Below are positions 34,801 through 44,434 of a DNA stretch of 64,000 bases, piece by piece. Source of the stretch: Escherichia phage Pollock; the sequence record NC_027381.1. The stretch is one strand, 5' to 3'. Each line of letters opens with the position of its first letter. Positions within the stretch are counted from its first letter, which is position 1. The notes under the pieces were generated by a model. The model ran no database searches. It had not been told where the DNA came from and was given only the letters and a program-made list of their open reading frames with translations. A program made the position numbers and the translations under genes.

Positions 34801-37800
34801 GTTAGTACGACCAGTAGCATCAGTAGTAATAGCTGTATTGCCAAATACTGCATCATATCTTTGTTTAGCTAATGCCATTTCATTAGCAGAACGATTGTTA
34901 GGGTCAGTTAAGAAATCTTCTACTTTTAAGTTTTCTCTGGCTTGCGAGTACAAACTACGTGCAACCAGAACACTTGGAGAAAAGTTCTCTAACCCATATT
35001 TCATAGATACTTGCAGCATCTTGAATACAAATGCTTCTTTCTCACTCATGTTAAAACCATGAGCAATTAATGCATTTGGTGAGTCATCAATTTCTGGGTC
35101 AATGCTATCTACCAAAAGTTTATCTTGGTAATGCTCTAAACCAGATATTTGCTGACCAGTATTTTTAATTACTTTAATGATATTGGATTGTAAGTAATCC
35201 AGAGTATCTGTTAGATGATTTACATGTTCCTGAGATGCTTTACCTGCATCCAATTTATTAAATAATGTTTCTGCATCTAATCTATTAATGTTGTTAGCAT
35301 TTTGCTGAGCATAGCTTGTTGTATCTCTGGATTTAACAGGATTGGTAGCATCAGCCAAAGCAACGGTATGGCCTAACAAACGAGTCCAGTAAGAAGTAAT
35401 GTCTGGATTAGAGCCAATAGCAAACAGACGTTTAATAGATTCAGCTAATTGCTTAAGTACCTTTGTTACAGTTCCTGTAATAGTTTTTTTAGTCATTGCA
35501 TCAATCATCCTTGGGTTAACAAGACCCCATGCAATGAATTCAGCAGTAGCCTGAGCCATATCACCAGAAGCAATATGATTATTAATCAAGTCTACAACAC
35601 TATCTGTTTCAGGATTCGTACTAGAATACTCATTAACAAATTTAGTCATGAGTGCTTCTATTGAAGCAATCTCTACTTTTTGAGCAGGAGTTAATGCTTC
35701 TGGATTACTGTAATAATTGTGAACAGCATTAGCAGTAGCAGCATGAATTAACTCATGCATTACAGTCTCAATAGACTGAGAACCAATATAGATATTCTGT
35801 CCCTGTGTAAGCCCTAAGAATGAGTTATTAAACTCAACCTTAGTATCAGGTGTCATTTCCTGTTGAACGGCTGAGAGAGCTTCTGGAGAGCCTACATACA
35901 CATTAATATCTTCAGGAATAGAGTTAGCAATCTTATCTAATACGAAGCTAGTAATTCTATTTTGACGAGAAGGTAAAGATTTAGCTGCTTCTTTAATAGC
36001 AGCAATCACATCACCTTTAGACAGTACTTTAATTCCATCATGTCCTGATACATTTCTTCCATTTTTAGCCAATGCTTCAATCATTTGACGAGTAGGAGGA
36101 ATAGTTACTCTACCTTTAGGGAGAGATACTGATTCCATAGTAGGAAGTTCTGTATTAGCAATTAACTGTTCTAAAGGAGTTCTGGTATCAATTGCTTCTT
36201 TATCAGTCTGCTTACCATTCTGAACATTGAATGGAATATTAGCCCCGGTCATTTGGTTAATAGAAGTAACTGCTTCTCCTCCTAATAAACCTTGTTTAAT
36301 AGCAGTTTGAGTAGCAGCTTCTTTTTTAAGAAGTGTAGTAAATGCTTCTAACACTTCTGGGCTAGTAGGTGAATTGGTTTCATCTGCTCCAATCATTTCC
36401 ATAATTCCACGGAAAGATTGTTCCAAACGTGTATCTGCATCTGGACCTAATTCTTCAGTTAGATTTACTCCTTCCATCGCTTGCTCAAAACGATTAGTAA
36501 AATCTTGAAGTAAATCAAATTCATTCCAACTTTGCAGAACACCTTGGTTAATAGCTTGAGAACCAGTATCTAAATGAGCTACAGCATTAATATAACCATC
36601 AAATACGTTAAGGGCATTGTTAGGGTTAATATCACGAGCAATAGCCTGCATAGCTGCTTCTACAGATTGAACCAATAAAGGCATTACACGAGTACCTGGT
36701 TCAGTATAAGTAGGAGTATCTACACCAAAAGTAGCACGACGCATTTTACCATCCAGATTTCTACGTCCTCTGGATTCCATACGATAAATATCAAATGTGA
36801 CTCTACCTTCTTCACTCAGAAGAATACCTTCATTTAATTTAGCTGCATCAGTATTACCAGCAGTAAACCAAGAGTTAAAGATAGGCATCTGAGTAATCAG
36901 TTCTCTCTTAATCTCGTTATATTGCTGCTGAGAAAGAGATTCATACTTAGATAATTTACCTGCTTCTCTAAGTTCTTTTTCTTTAGCTTCTACTACTTTA
37001 TTCCAACGAGACATGAATACTTCATGCATTACAGCAGCAGCATAAACCATCATCTTGCCGCGATTGATTACAGTACCAAATTCATTAGCAATTGATTCAT
37101 TTACTGCTGCACCAATACCAATTTTGATGTTTTGGGTAATTGCTTCAATCTGCTCGCTAGTAAACTCAAATTTAGTTACATCTTTTCCTAAATTGATAGG
37201 AGCACCAATTTTTACCCAAGAACCATTACGAAATACTTGAGCAGTAGTTAATTCATTAGTTGTATTGGTCAAATCATTAATATGAGCAATTGCAGCATCT
37301 CTATCTTCCTGATTAGTAGCTGAATCTACTGCTCTTAATGCTTCTGTGATTGCTTCGTAATAACCATTAGCAATACCCATAGCAATCTTTCTATTGATTG
37401 CATTAGCACCACCAGAATAAACAGTAACTGTTACTGGATTTTTAAGTAATCCTCGACCTATTTGGATTGGATGTTCTACATCCTCTCCTTCAACAATATT
37501 TACATCACCAATTAGTTTTGATGCAGCAAGAGTTACCCTTACCTGATTTTTCAAGCGTTCAATATCTCTCATCTCTTTTTGTTGGAATTGTCGAGATTTA
37601 TTTTTAAGGGCAGCTAACCTGTTAGGGATATTACTGTAAGCATCCATCATGTTGTTGATGTATTGCTGTGAGCCAGCAGCAGCAGTTTTATACAGGTCTA
37701 AGAATCCCGGTTCTTCAGCAGCATCATTGTATAGACGGTCTGATTGCCCATAGAACAAACCACCTTTCTCTAACTTATTCAGTAAATCTTGGTTCACGTC

Positions 37801-40800
37801 TTTTAAACCAAGCTGAACAATAGAGTTAAATGGTCCATTAGTTACACCATCAAGCTCCAGCATCACATGAGTCTGGAATGAGGATTTACCTTGTTCTACT
37901 GCTAATTCATATTGAGCTTGTGCATATAAAGCATGGAGTGTTTTAGTTTTCTCCTTACCTGCTTTTACAGCTTCTAAAAGAACCTCTGCATCAGCATCAC
38001 TAATTGAATCTTGGTTTTCAGCAGCTTTTAGAATATTGATAGCATCTCTAAATAAACCAGTACTGATAGCTTTATTTAGCTTATCTCTGGCAGTCTCAGA
38101 AGAGAGTTTATCAACAGCAATATCCAATCCTTGAGCAATAGCATAATCAAGAAATGCACCATGTTGAGGATTGTTGAGTTCAATAGTAGAAGGTTCAACA
38201 GTAATTAATTCACGATGTAATTTAGCTGACTGAGGGTTTAAATCCCCTGAGTTAAGCATCATACGGAAGTTACTAATTACGTTATATGCAAAATAAATAG
38301 GTGTATTAGCCAGAGGTAATCCAGCTTCTGACATACGAGTTAAACCGTTAATCAGAGTATTAATATCTCTTTCAATAGTACGGTTAGAACCTTGAATGGA
38401 TTTCAGATGAGCACCATTAGCATTCTCTTCTGATTGAATGCCTAACATTCTACCAATCCATTCTGTACCTAATTTATCCAGCATAAGGTCATGAAGACCC
38501 ATGTTGATATAATGAGGTTGTTTACTGGCTTTGTTACGTGCAGCAAGCATCTTTTCAGGAATATCCTGACCACCACCATTTTTAACTTTAGTGCTCTGAC
38601 CTTTTGGTGGAGTACCAAAGTATGCTCCTGCTTTTTCTCTCTGAGGATTAGTTAATTGACCTAAGAGGTCATTGGAATCCTTCATTAAGTCTACTAAACG
38701 TTTAGCAGCTTCAGATTCTTCATTCATACGAATGAATATACGAGAGTTTTTAATGTTGGATTCATTTACTTTAGTAGAACCAACAGCAGCTAATTCACTG
38801 TTTTTAACAACAGATTCTTGAACCAGATTAGCATTAATCATTACGTTCAATACTTCAGTTGCTAGTGCTTTAGATACAGCATCACGAACAGAGATAGGAG
38901 TATTAGGGTCAGCATTAATACCTAAGATTCCAAAAATCTCTCTGCTTAAATAATCAATAACATTTTGCCGGTCTGTACCTACATTACGTAATAAATCTGT
39001 TTGCTCTACAGTAGGTTTAGTTTTGTTATCTAAACCAAGAATATCCATTACTGTACGGTCATCATTGAATGTAGTTTCAACTGCATTACGTACAAACCAC
39101 TGCATCATACCAGCAGTCATTGCTTCAATTACTGGCTGAGGTAAGAAGTAAACATTTTCACCATTGATATTTCTTACTTCACTAAAATATTCGACAGGGT
39201 ATGTTTCCCAGAAGATACGTTGACCTTCAGGAGTTAATTTACCCCAAGATTGAATTAACGATTGTTCAATAGCAGGGACTAAACCAGCAAATTGACGTAG
39301 TACTTTTACTTCTTTCTCTGTTACTTGTTCTGGTTTAATAAATCCTTTAAACAGATTTTGAATCTGAGTAATAGGATTAGAACCATTGGTAAAAATGTTA
39401 TTAAGTCTTCCAGAGAAATTAGAAGTTCTCAGGAATGCAGAACGTTTACCTGTAGGTTTAAACCATTTTTTAACTTGGTTAGTAGCCTGATAGTTCTTAT
39501 CTGCTTCTGAAGTAGATTTAGCATCAGAACGTACAGTTTCTGATTGCAGACTACTCAGAATATCGAAATTAACACCTTTATCTAAACCAAGTTCTAATTG
39601 AGACTCATCCATTAAATCAGTCTCAACTTCAGTTGGTTTTTCCTGAATCTGAATTTCAGATTCAACTACATCTGGTTTCTCAAATAGTTCTCCTTGAACT
39701 GGAGTACTAGTAGGAGCTTCTGTAACAGCTTCTGGCTGTGTTTCTACAGTCTCAGAAGGTGTTTGTACCTGTTCTTCAGAAACCTGTGCAGAAGCCTCTA
39801 TAGGAGCTTCTGATTCTTGAGTTGAGACTAATTCCTCTGTAGCAACTGGAGCAGATTGTGCTGGCACAGATACAGGTTTACCATCTACTAATTGACTAGT
39901 AATGGTATGTGCTTGACGAACAGCATTAGCATCATTACGAATTTCTTTGATTAATCCTTTAGAACGTACCGGATGATACGTCATAGGATTTCCATCTAAA
40001 GATAAATATGGTTGTCCTGTAGTTGGATTAATTACTTCTACAGGTTGATTACCAGTAAAGTTTTGAGCAGCCTGTTCAAATGCATTAGCTTTAGTTTCCA
40101 TGTGCTCTGCAAAACGGTTTAAATGGTCTAATAAACCTTGAGCACGAGCAGTATCCCCTAAAGATAATGCACGGAAGATACCTTGCTGATACTGTTGAAT
40201 ACCAATAAATCCATCAGAACCTTTACGTACATCTTCTCCTACTTGGCTCATTGCTTTACCAGTAGCAGAGATAATTTTTAATTTATCTACATCCTGCTGG
40301 TTCAAACCAATGGTTTCTGCTGAATTAACTAAACGGTCAGCAACTTCTGGAGTAATAGAAGATGCATCTAAATTCATTTGAGCCAGAACAGATTTAATGT
40401 TCTTTTGTACTTCAGGAGATTTATAAGTTTCTGGAGTAATTTCAGAAGGTAAAGACTCCATAATCTTATTCATTTCTTCTGGAGTCAGTCTGAAGCTTTC
40501 AGCAGTAGTTTTAACTGCTTGTACATCAGGATGGTTCAGCACAGCATTGATATTATCAATAGCTGTTTGATACTGAGCTTTCTCTTCTTCTGGTGCAACT
40601 TCCATCTGTGCTTGAATTTGAGGTAAAGCTTCCTCATAAGCAGAGATAACATTATTACCTACAACAGCTAAATCTCTACGAGAAGCTTCATCCAAATTAC
40701 GTTCTTTAATTGCACGGGAAATTCTCAAAATAGAATCTGGAGAACTAATTTCCTCTTCAGGAATAGCTTTAAATACTTCTTTAGCAGCAGGTTCAGTAAC

Positions 40801-42468
40801 AGCATCAACAGCTTTAACTACAGTTGGTTCTGCTACTGCTTCAGCATCTGTTTGTTGTACTGTTTGTTTAACTGATTCATTAGCAGCAGATACAGTATTC
40901 CTAAAAGATTGTGCTCTGGATTCTGCTTTACGGGCTTCTCTTGCTTCAAATGCTTCACGACCTTGTTGAGCACCTTCTTGAATTGCTCTAGGTGTTTCAC
41001 TGATAGCCGAGCCAAAAGCACCCATACCCGCACCAGCAATAGCAGACTCAACAGCGTTTGAACCAATGTCTTCAGCAAGGGACTGAGATTCATCAGCAGA
41101 AGTCCGTATGCCGAGGTTAGAAGCAAATTGACCAGTAATCCCTTGGGAGGTTTCTTCAATAGTTTCTTTGAAAGCATTGTTAAGAACTCGTGAGGAAGCA
41201 CTAAAGAATCCCGTACCTTCAAGTAAGGAAGGAGTGAATATACGAGATTCAAATGGAGCAGCAACCTTACCAGTCAGAGCACCAAGAGTACCTGCTACCA
41301 AAGCAGTGACATTACCTGTTTGAGTACGTACTTGTCTTCTGGCTTGCTCTGGAGACATACCATCAGCAATTAAATCACGATACATAGGTGATTTTTCTGC
41401 TAATTGCTTATCAGTCATTCCATCAATCTGGTCTAATGTTTGTTGGGCATTAGAACCTGCTTCTTGGAAACCTACATAACCAACCAATGCTCTTTCAGCA
41501 GCATCCTGAAGACGTTTTCTACCATACTGAGTTGAAGCTAGCTTGGTAGCAAAATCTGCACCATATTCTTCAGCTAATTGTTTAAATGCTCCACGAGAAG
41601 CAATCTTACCTACTAAACCACCAGTTAATATATCTGGAGCAGATTCAGCAATAAGTGTAGTTAATGCTCCCGGAGCACCACCATATTGTTCAGCAGTATT
41701 AACAAACTGACGTAATTGTTCTTTAGCCCCTGCAACTAAAGGATTATCACCTTTAGCTATATCAGCAGCTTCACGAGCTTCAGCACCTTGTTTAAATCTC
41801 TCTTTTTCTGCTTCAATTACAGATTGTTCATATTGAACACGCGGAGAATATTGAGAACGTTGTTCTTCAACATACTGTTTTAATGGTACATCAATACCCA
41901 CTTGTTCTAATAAAGTAGGTTGTCCTAATTGTTCTTCTTGACCAGTAACATTAGCAATTAAATCTTGAGTATTTTGTAATGCTAAGTTACCCAAACCAGT
42001 AACAAATCTAGCTGTATTACCTGCCCATATCTGTGCAGCATTACCTACATCAGATAATTCTATAGGAGCATTTTCAAATATATCTGTATTGGCTTGAGCA
42101 ATATTTAAAGACAGTTTGTCTCTAGCTGCCTGAGGACCATATTTCTGCTGTAATGCAGATAAAGGCATATCTCTTAAATCAGCCAAATATTGCTCAGAAG
42201 GATTAGTTTGAGTAGCAGTAGTAGTAGTTCTTTGTCCAGATAGCATCTGATTCATCTGTTCTCTTGTATATTTAGGACCAGATTCTGCTAACTGGATTGC
42301 TTGCTGTGCTCTTTGATACTGTGGAGAACCTACAGCAAAGTCTATTTCTACCCCGGGTACTGGAGTACCTAACTCTAATTTCTTCTGTTGAGTAGCTATA
42401 TTTAATTGTTGTGTTTTTTGTAAGGCAGCATTAGCTAATTCTTGCTGTTTCTCAAATCCGGTGGCCAT
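31855..42468 (-). CDS. Virion-encapsidated RNA polymerase (vRNAP; N4 gp50-like), 3537 aa
   Basis: Single 10.6-kb ORF; a protein of about 3500 aa adjacent to the virion-protein block is the hallmark of N4-like podophages; synteny with the downstream late genes matches N4. Confidence 0.85.
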   Translation of the reverse strand: MATGFEKQQELANAALQKTQQLNIATQQKKLELGTPVPGVEIDFAVGSPQYQRAQQAIQLAESGPKYTREQMNQMLSGQRTTTTATQTNPSEQYLADLRDMPLSALQQKYGPQAARDKLSLNIAQANTDIFENAPIELSDVGNAAQIWAGNTARFVTGLGNLALQNTQDLIANVTGQEEQLGQPTLLEQVGIDVPLKQYVEEQRSQYSPRVQYEQSVIEAEKERFKQGAEAREAADIAKGDNPLVAGAKEQLRQFVNTAEQYGGAPGALTTLIAESAPDILTGGLVGKIASRGAFKQLAEEYGADFATKLASTQYGRKRLQDAAERALVGYVGFQEAGSNAQQTLDQIDGMTDKQLAEKSPMYRDLIADGMSPEQARRQVRTQTGNVTALVAGTLGALTGKVAAPFESRIFTPSLLEGTGFFSASSRVLNNAFKETIEETSQGITGQFASNLGIRTSADESQSLAEDIGSNAVESAIAGAGMGAFGSAISETPRAIQEGAQQGREAFEAREARKAESRAQSFRNTVSAANESVKQTVQQTDAEAVAEPTVVKAVDAVTEPAAKEVFKAIPEEEISSPDSILRISRAIKERNLDEASRRDLAVVGNNVISAYEEALPQIQAQMEVAPEEEKAQYQTAIDNINAVLNHPDVQAVKTTAESFRLTPEEMNKIMESLPSEITPETYKSPEVQKNIKSVLAQMNLDASSITPEVADRLVNSAETIGLNQQDVDKLKIISATGKAMSQVGEDVRKGSDGFIGIQQYQQGIFRALSLGDTARAQGLLDHLNRFAEHMETKANAFEQAAQNFTGNQPVEVINPTTGQPYLSLDGNPMTYHPVRSKGLIKEIRNDANAVRQAHTITSQLVDGKPVSVPAQSAPVATEELVSTQESEAPIEASAQVSEEQVQTPSETVETQPEAVTEAPTSTPVQGELFEKPDVVESEIQIQEKPTEVETDLMDESQLELGLDKGVNFDILSSLQSETVRSDAKSTSEADKNYQATNQVKKWFKPTGKRSAFLRTSNFSGRLNNIFTNGSNPITQIQNLFKGFIKPEQVTEKEVKVLRQFAGLVPAIEQSLIQSWGKLTPEGQRIFWETYPVEYFSEVRNINGENVYFLPQPVIEAMTAGMMQWFVRNAVETTFNDDRTVMDILGLDNKTKPTVEQTDLLRNVGTDRQNVIDYLSREIFGILGINADPNTPISVRDAVSKALATEVLNVMINANLVQESVVKNSELAAVGSTKVNESNIKNSRIFIRMNEESEAAKRLVDLMKDSNDLLGQLTNPQREKAGAYFGTPPKGQSTKVKNGGGQDIPEKMLAARNKASKQPHYINMGLHDLMLDKLGTEWIGRMLGIQSEENANGAHLKSIQGSNRTIERDINTLINGLTRMSEAGLPLANTPIYFAYNVISNFRMMLNSGDLNPQSAKLHRELITVEPSTIELNNPQHGAFLDYAIAQGLDIAVDKLSSETARDKLNKAISTGLFRDAINILKAAENQDSISDADAEVLLEAVKAGKEKTKTLHALYAQAQYELAVEQGKSSFQTHVMLELDGVTNGPFNSIVQLGLKDVNQDLLNKLEKGGLFYGQSDRLYNDAAEEPGFLDLYKTAAAGSQQYINNMMDAYSNIPNRLAALKNKSRQFQQKEMRDIERLKNQVRVTLAASKLIGDVNIVEGEDVEHPIQIGRGLLKNPVTVTVYSGGANAINRKIAMGIANGYYEAITEALRAVDSATNQEDRDAAIAHINDLTNTTNELTTAQVFRNGSWVKIGAPINLGKDVTKFEFTSEQIEAITQNIKIGIGAAVNESIANEFGTVINRGKMMVYAAAVMHEVFMSRWNKVVEAKEKELREAGKLSKYESLSQQQYNEIKRELITQMPIFNSWFTAGNTDAAKLNEGILLSEEGRVTFDIYRMESRGRRNLDGKMRRATFGVDTPTYTEPGTRVMPLLVQSVEAAMQAIARDINPNNALNVFDGYINAVAHLDTGSQAINQGVLQSWNEFDLLQDFTNRFEQAMEGVNLTEELGPDADTRLEQSFRGIMEMIGADETNSPTSPEVLEAFTTLLKKEAATQTAIKQGLLGGEAVTSINQMTGANIPFNVQNGKQTDKEAIDTRTPLEQLIANTELPTMESVSLPKGRVTIPPTRQMIEALAKNGRNVSGHDGIKVLSKGDVIAAIKEAAKSLPSRQNRITSFVLDKIANSIPEDINVYVGSPEALSAVQQEMTPDTKVEFNNSFLGLTQGQNIYIGSQSIETVMHELIHAATANAVHNYYSNPEALTPAQKVEIASIEALMTKFVNEYSSTNPETDSVVDLINNHIASGDMAQATAEFIAWGLVNPRMIDAMTKKTITGTVTKVLKQLAESIKRLFAIGSNPDITSYWTRLLGHTVALADATNPVKSRDTTSYAQQNANNINRLDAETLFNKLDAGKASQEHVNHLTDTLDYLQSNIIKVIKNTGQQISGLEHYQDKLLVDSIDPEIDDSPNALIAHGFNMSEKEAFVFKMLQVSMKYGLENFSPSVLVARSLYSQARENLKVEDFLTDPNNRSANEMALAKQRYDAVFGNTAITTDATGRTNRLANFIALAETNEQLRNKLSQISVKRTRQNQATSLRERIGDLTNMILTWLSGLATKSLRDTNIASRLSKLAKNISHVDSQARDNLFTRIGRGTEEITEATQDRLRAFGNSIRKQLSKVEKKVPKSVAFGITVGAAVFNEQDAHDVREAITHIYMTIHQDGKLGTIAELINEFIGSNETNSSIHTLLTQKNMAADRARQIIREMVPGMIEKTFVSLNQNEKEAIQRVVANTDMAYLFANGYDLVRLNELLTNPNELAKEIDLIESQLQKAGAQNSAFYIKSAHGLAKQMVHGVSPLAYQLSNAAAIARLIGTGRERPSNDAVEIATQLIDTLASLSALTELSQADKETVSNVISREMTKGEPDNNGMTFTLKYYESLKGAELAKSGNNYSLAAVKGFTPTITDPNKKVIIASIKDEPSLSRRGYTRGAQVKRDPADTDKTPMYYYHSNNGGEPRWIAGVMSTLQSTVGGVNPITGRSVNGSMTPGAWKTSEKNKVSANKQAAINDLFDASKPMPQNYDGQMQPVLNRAGSIMGYSYQMPRANREAQLNVDNDFTKVLAAWEGRIAEEIQAAKYNEMLLERLGEIYKKDAREGKAYQYITIDENSTDHQLKEIYELMPIEMKEAAKRIWPNGKIKVRKDLLNNAFGYREPSVLNLWTGQTNFSKEFQKAFVNIAETFLGKNAARYLRLGERGLMEFVKEMKDWIVVRSVVVSAGNILSNMVHLATVGISPITMAKDMSTAVLAAEEYRRNEKLINEYSHYLAVNHNPRMAEEYQRKISELKDSQARNPVADLIKAGLLPTIAEDLGQQDDYSLKDKLLTKMDEYTSGIPDSVKRVAKEITLSRDSNVYFLLNRSIQYGDFVAKYSLYKHLTTRSRNPMDKDSALNRVMDEFVNYDILPSRTRFYLDAIGLTWFLNYKIRIQKIILRTIRENPLRALFLMFGNTAESGLPNIMEANLATGSLSYNVGMGTALNGFTIHPLVSLY

Positions 42469-42513
42469 TTGAAATCCTCTAAAGGAATGTAACTGGATAG
42501 GAGTGTACTAAAA

Positions 42514-42537
42514 GAAATCCCTCACTAGGAGGGATTT
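42514..42537 (-). terminator. Hairpin between virion gene and vRNAP gene (possible terminator or attenuator)
   Basis: aaatccctc-n5-gagggattt inverted repeat with a T-rich run on the minus strand. Confidence 0.4.
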
Positions 42538-42542
42538 TGTCA

Positions 42543-43958
42543 TTATCTCGTAGATTTATTCACTTTTGGATTACCTAATGTATCCTCAAGGAACTTTCTT
42601 AACTGTTGTCGTTGTCCACTGTAATCAGGAACAACTGGTTGGAATGATTCCACAGGAGTACCAGAAATATTAGCTCTAGGTAGTTTTCTCTGAAACTCAA
42701 TTAAAGGAGCATTTGCTTCTTTAAGAAGTGATTCTTGAGATTTATCTACCAGTCTTAATGCATCAGTTAAAGCTTGTTTAGCAGCAGCATTACTTGCTGT
42801 TTTCTTAGCTTGTTCTGCATTTCTTTCTACAGTACCAAATGAAATAGATACCCCATCTGTAAACCAATTAGGAGATAACGATTGTTCCATGATATACCCA
42901 ACAGTGGCTGGCGTAGCATTGGGGTATTTTTTCTTAATACGAGTATATGCTTCTGTAGCTTCATCTGGGTCTGATAATCTAGACTGAAAGCTTTTGATAA
43001 CATCATCTGCTTTAGTCTTCTTATCATCCTGTAGATTGAATACAGTAGGGTCAATACCAGAACTAAGAAATGCAGCATTAACTTCCTGTATTGCATCCTG
43101 CTTGTATTGGTCTGCTGCTTCTTTATTAAGAACACTTTGGTTCTGAATAATAGTTGCTTGTTCAGGAGTAGGAGCACCTAATGTACTAATGTTCTGGGAT
43201 ACAGCAGTAGCAACCTGATTACCAGTAACAGGGTTAACATTAAATTTCTTCTGCAATTCAGCAGCTTTAGCCCCAATAGGTTTATCTGGATTATCCAATA
43301 CCCATTGGTTTAATTCCTGAGCATAATTTCTTAAACCAATACGTTCTTCAGCAGCAAGCTTTCTTTCTGCATTTGCAGATGCTCTGGTAGCACGAGATTC
43401 AGCTAGTTGTGCCTGTCTTAAACCAAGCTCTGCTAATTGCTGTCTACGATTAGTTAAATCACCATATAGTTGACGAGCATTAGCAAAATTAGCTTCATTT
43501 TGTCTAAGGAATGCTTCTGCCTGATTAGGATTACTAGCCAATAAAGAATAGAACTGGTTCTCATATGGTTGAGATGCCTGTTCTTTCTGTAGATTCTCTA
43601 ATTGAATCTGACCAGAAATATCTTGTCTTAACTGCCCCGGTCTTGTAGCTAAAATTTGGTTAATAGCTGATTGGTCTACAGCAGCACCAAATCTACTTCT
43701 TAAATTATCAGCAGCAAACTGTTGTCTGGCTGCTTCTAATGAAGCAGGGTCAGTAAAACCAAGTAATTCATTTTGTAATGCAGCAGTGTTTTGAGTACGT
43801 GCAGTATTAAAATTGATATTACTTAGTTCTTGCTGTCGTTGGACAGGAGCCAATAAACCAGAAAGAGCATCTCTGATGCTTTGAGCACCTACTTGTTGGA
43901 GTCTTGCTATTCCTGTTAAATCAGGAGCATCAATATTTCTCCATGTTATCTGAGCCAT
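42543..43958 (-). CDS. Virion structural protein (N4 gp51 position)
   Basis: Gln/Ala-rich 471-aa ORF in the late block upstream of the vRNAP gene. Confidence 0.45.
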   Translation of the reverse strand: MAQITWRNIDAPDLTGIARLQQVGAQSIRDALSGLLAPVQRQQELSNINFNTARTQNTAALQNELLGFTDPASLEAARQQFAADNLRSRFGAAVDQSAINQILATRPGQLRQDISGQIQLENLQKEQASQPYENQFYSLLASNPNQAEAFLRQNEANFANARQLYGDLTNRRQQLAELGLRQAQLAESRATRASANAERKLAAEERIGLRNYAQELNQWVLDNPDKPIGAKAAELQKKFNVNPVTGNQVATAVSQNISTLGAPTPEQATIIQNQSVLNKEAADQYKQDAIQEVNAAFLSSGIDPTVFNLQDDKKTKADDVIKSFQSRLSDPDEATEAYTRIKKKYPNATPATVGYIMEQSLSPNWFTDGVSISFGTVERNAEQAKKTASNAAAKQALTDALRLVDKSQESLLKEANAPLIEFQRKLPRANISGTPVESFQPVVPDYSGQRQQLRKFLEDTLGNPKVNKSTR

Positions 43959-43967
43959 GATTACTCC

Positions 43968-44432
43968 TTAGAGACGATTTTTATTTAAGTAGGCTTGAAC
44001 GTCTTCTTCTTTACCAGCGTAATCAGAAGTACGTCCTCTGATTCTGTCTTCAAGGGCTGTGTTATATGCTTGTCTTTGGTTTGCTAGATTAGTGTTATAT
44101 GCGTTTCTTTGGAAATTTAACTGGTCTTTAGCTAAACCAAGATTCTGCATACCTGACCATGCTTGGAATATAGAACCTAATCCTTGTAAGGTAGGGGAGA
44201 TGATTCCTTGACTCTGAAATCCAGTTGACGGGTCAGTACCACCAAATAAAGTGCGTGCAGTATCCCCATTCAACCAATCAGAGAATGCAGAAAACATTCC
44301 TGAATTACCTAATGCAGAAGTATCTACAGTAGATAAAGGTGTGTTTAATATACTACTTTGTGTTGGATTATAGTTTTGGTAAACCAAAGGTAATTGCTGT
44401 TGGTTCATACCAAAGTTTAAATCAAAAGCCAT
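43968..44432 (-). CDS. Virion structural protein (N4 gp52 position)
   Basis: Late-block ORF; position only. Confidence 0.45.
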   Translation of the reverse strand: MAFDLNFGMNQQQLPLVYQNYNPTQSSILNTPLSTVDTSALGNSGMFSAFSDWLNGDTARTLFGGTDPSTGFQSQGIISPTLQGLGSIFQAWSGMQNLGLAKDQLNFQRNAYNTNLANQRQAYNTALEDRIRGRTSDYAGKEEDVQAYLNKNRL

Positions 44433-44434
44433 AG

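Noticed and set aside
33900-36000. HExxH (HELIH) motif in the central part of the vRNAP
   Set aside because: A five-residue pattern in a 3537-aa protein is expected by chance; no surrounding peptidase-like context recognised.
34766-41264. Several plus- and minus-strand ORFs (for example 34766..35062, 35449..35664, 37055..37240, 39325..39510, 40833..41264) inside the vRNAP gene
   Set aside because: Fully contained within the long, motif-supported vRNAP reading frame; short and without motifs; most likely frame artefacts.
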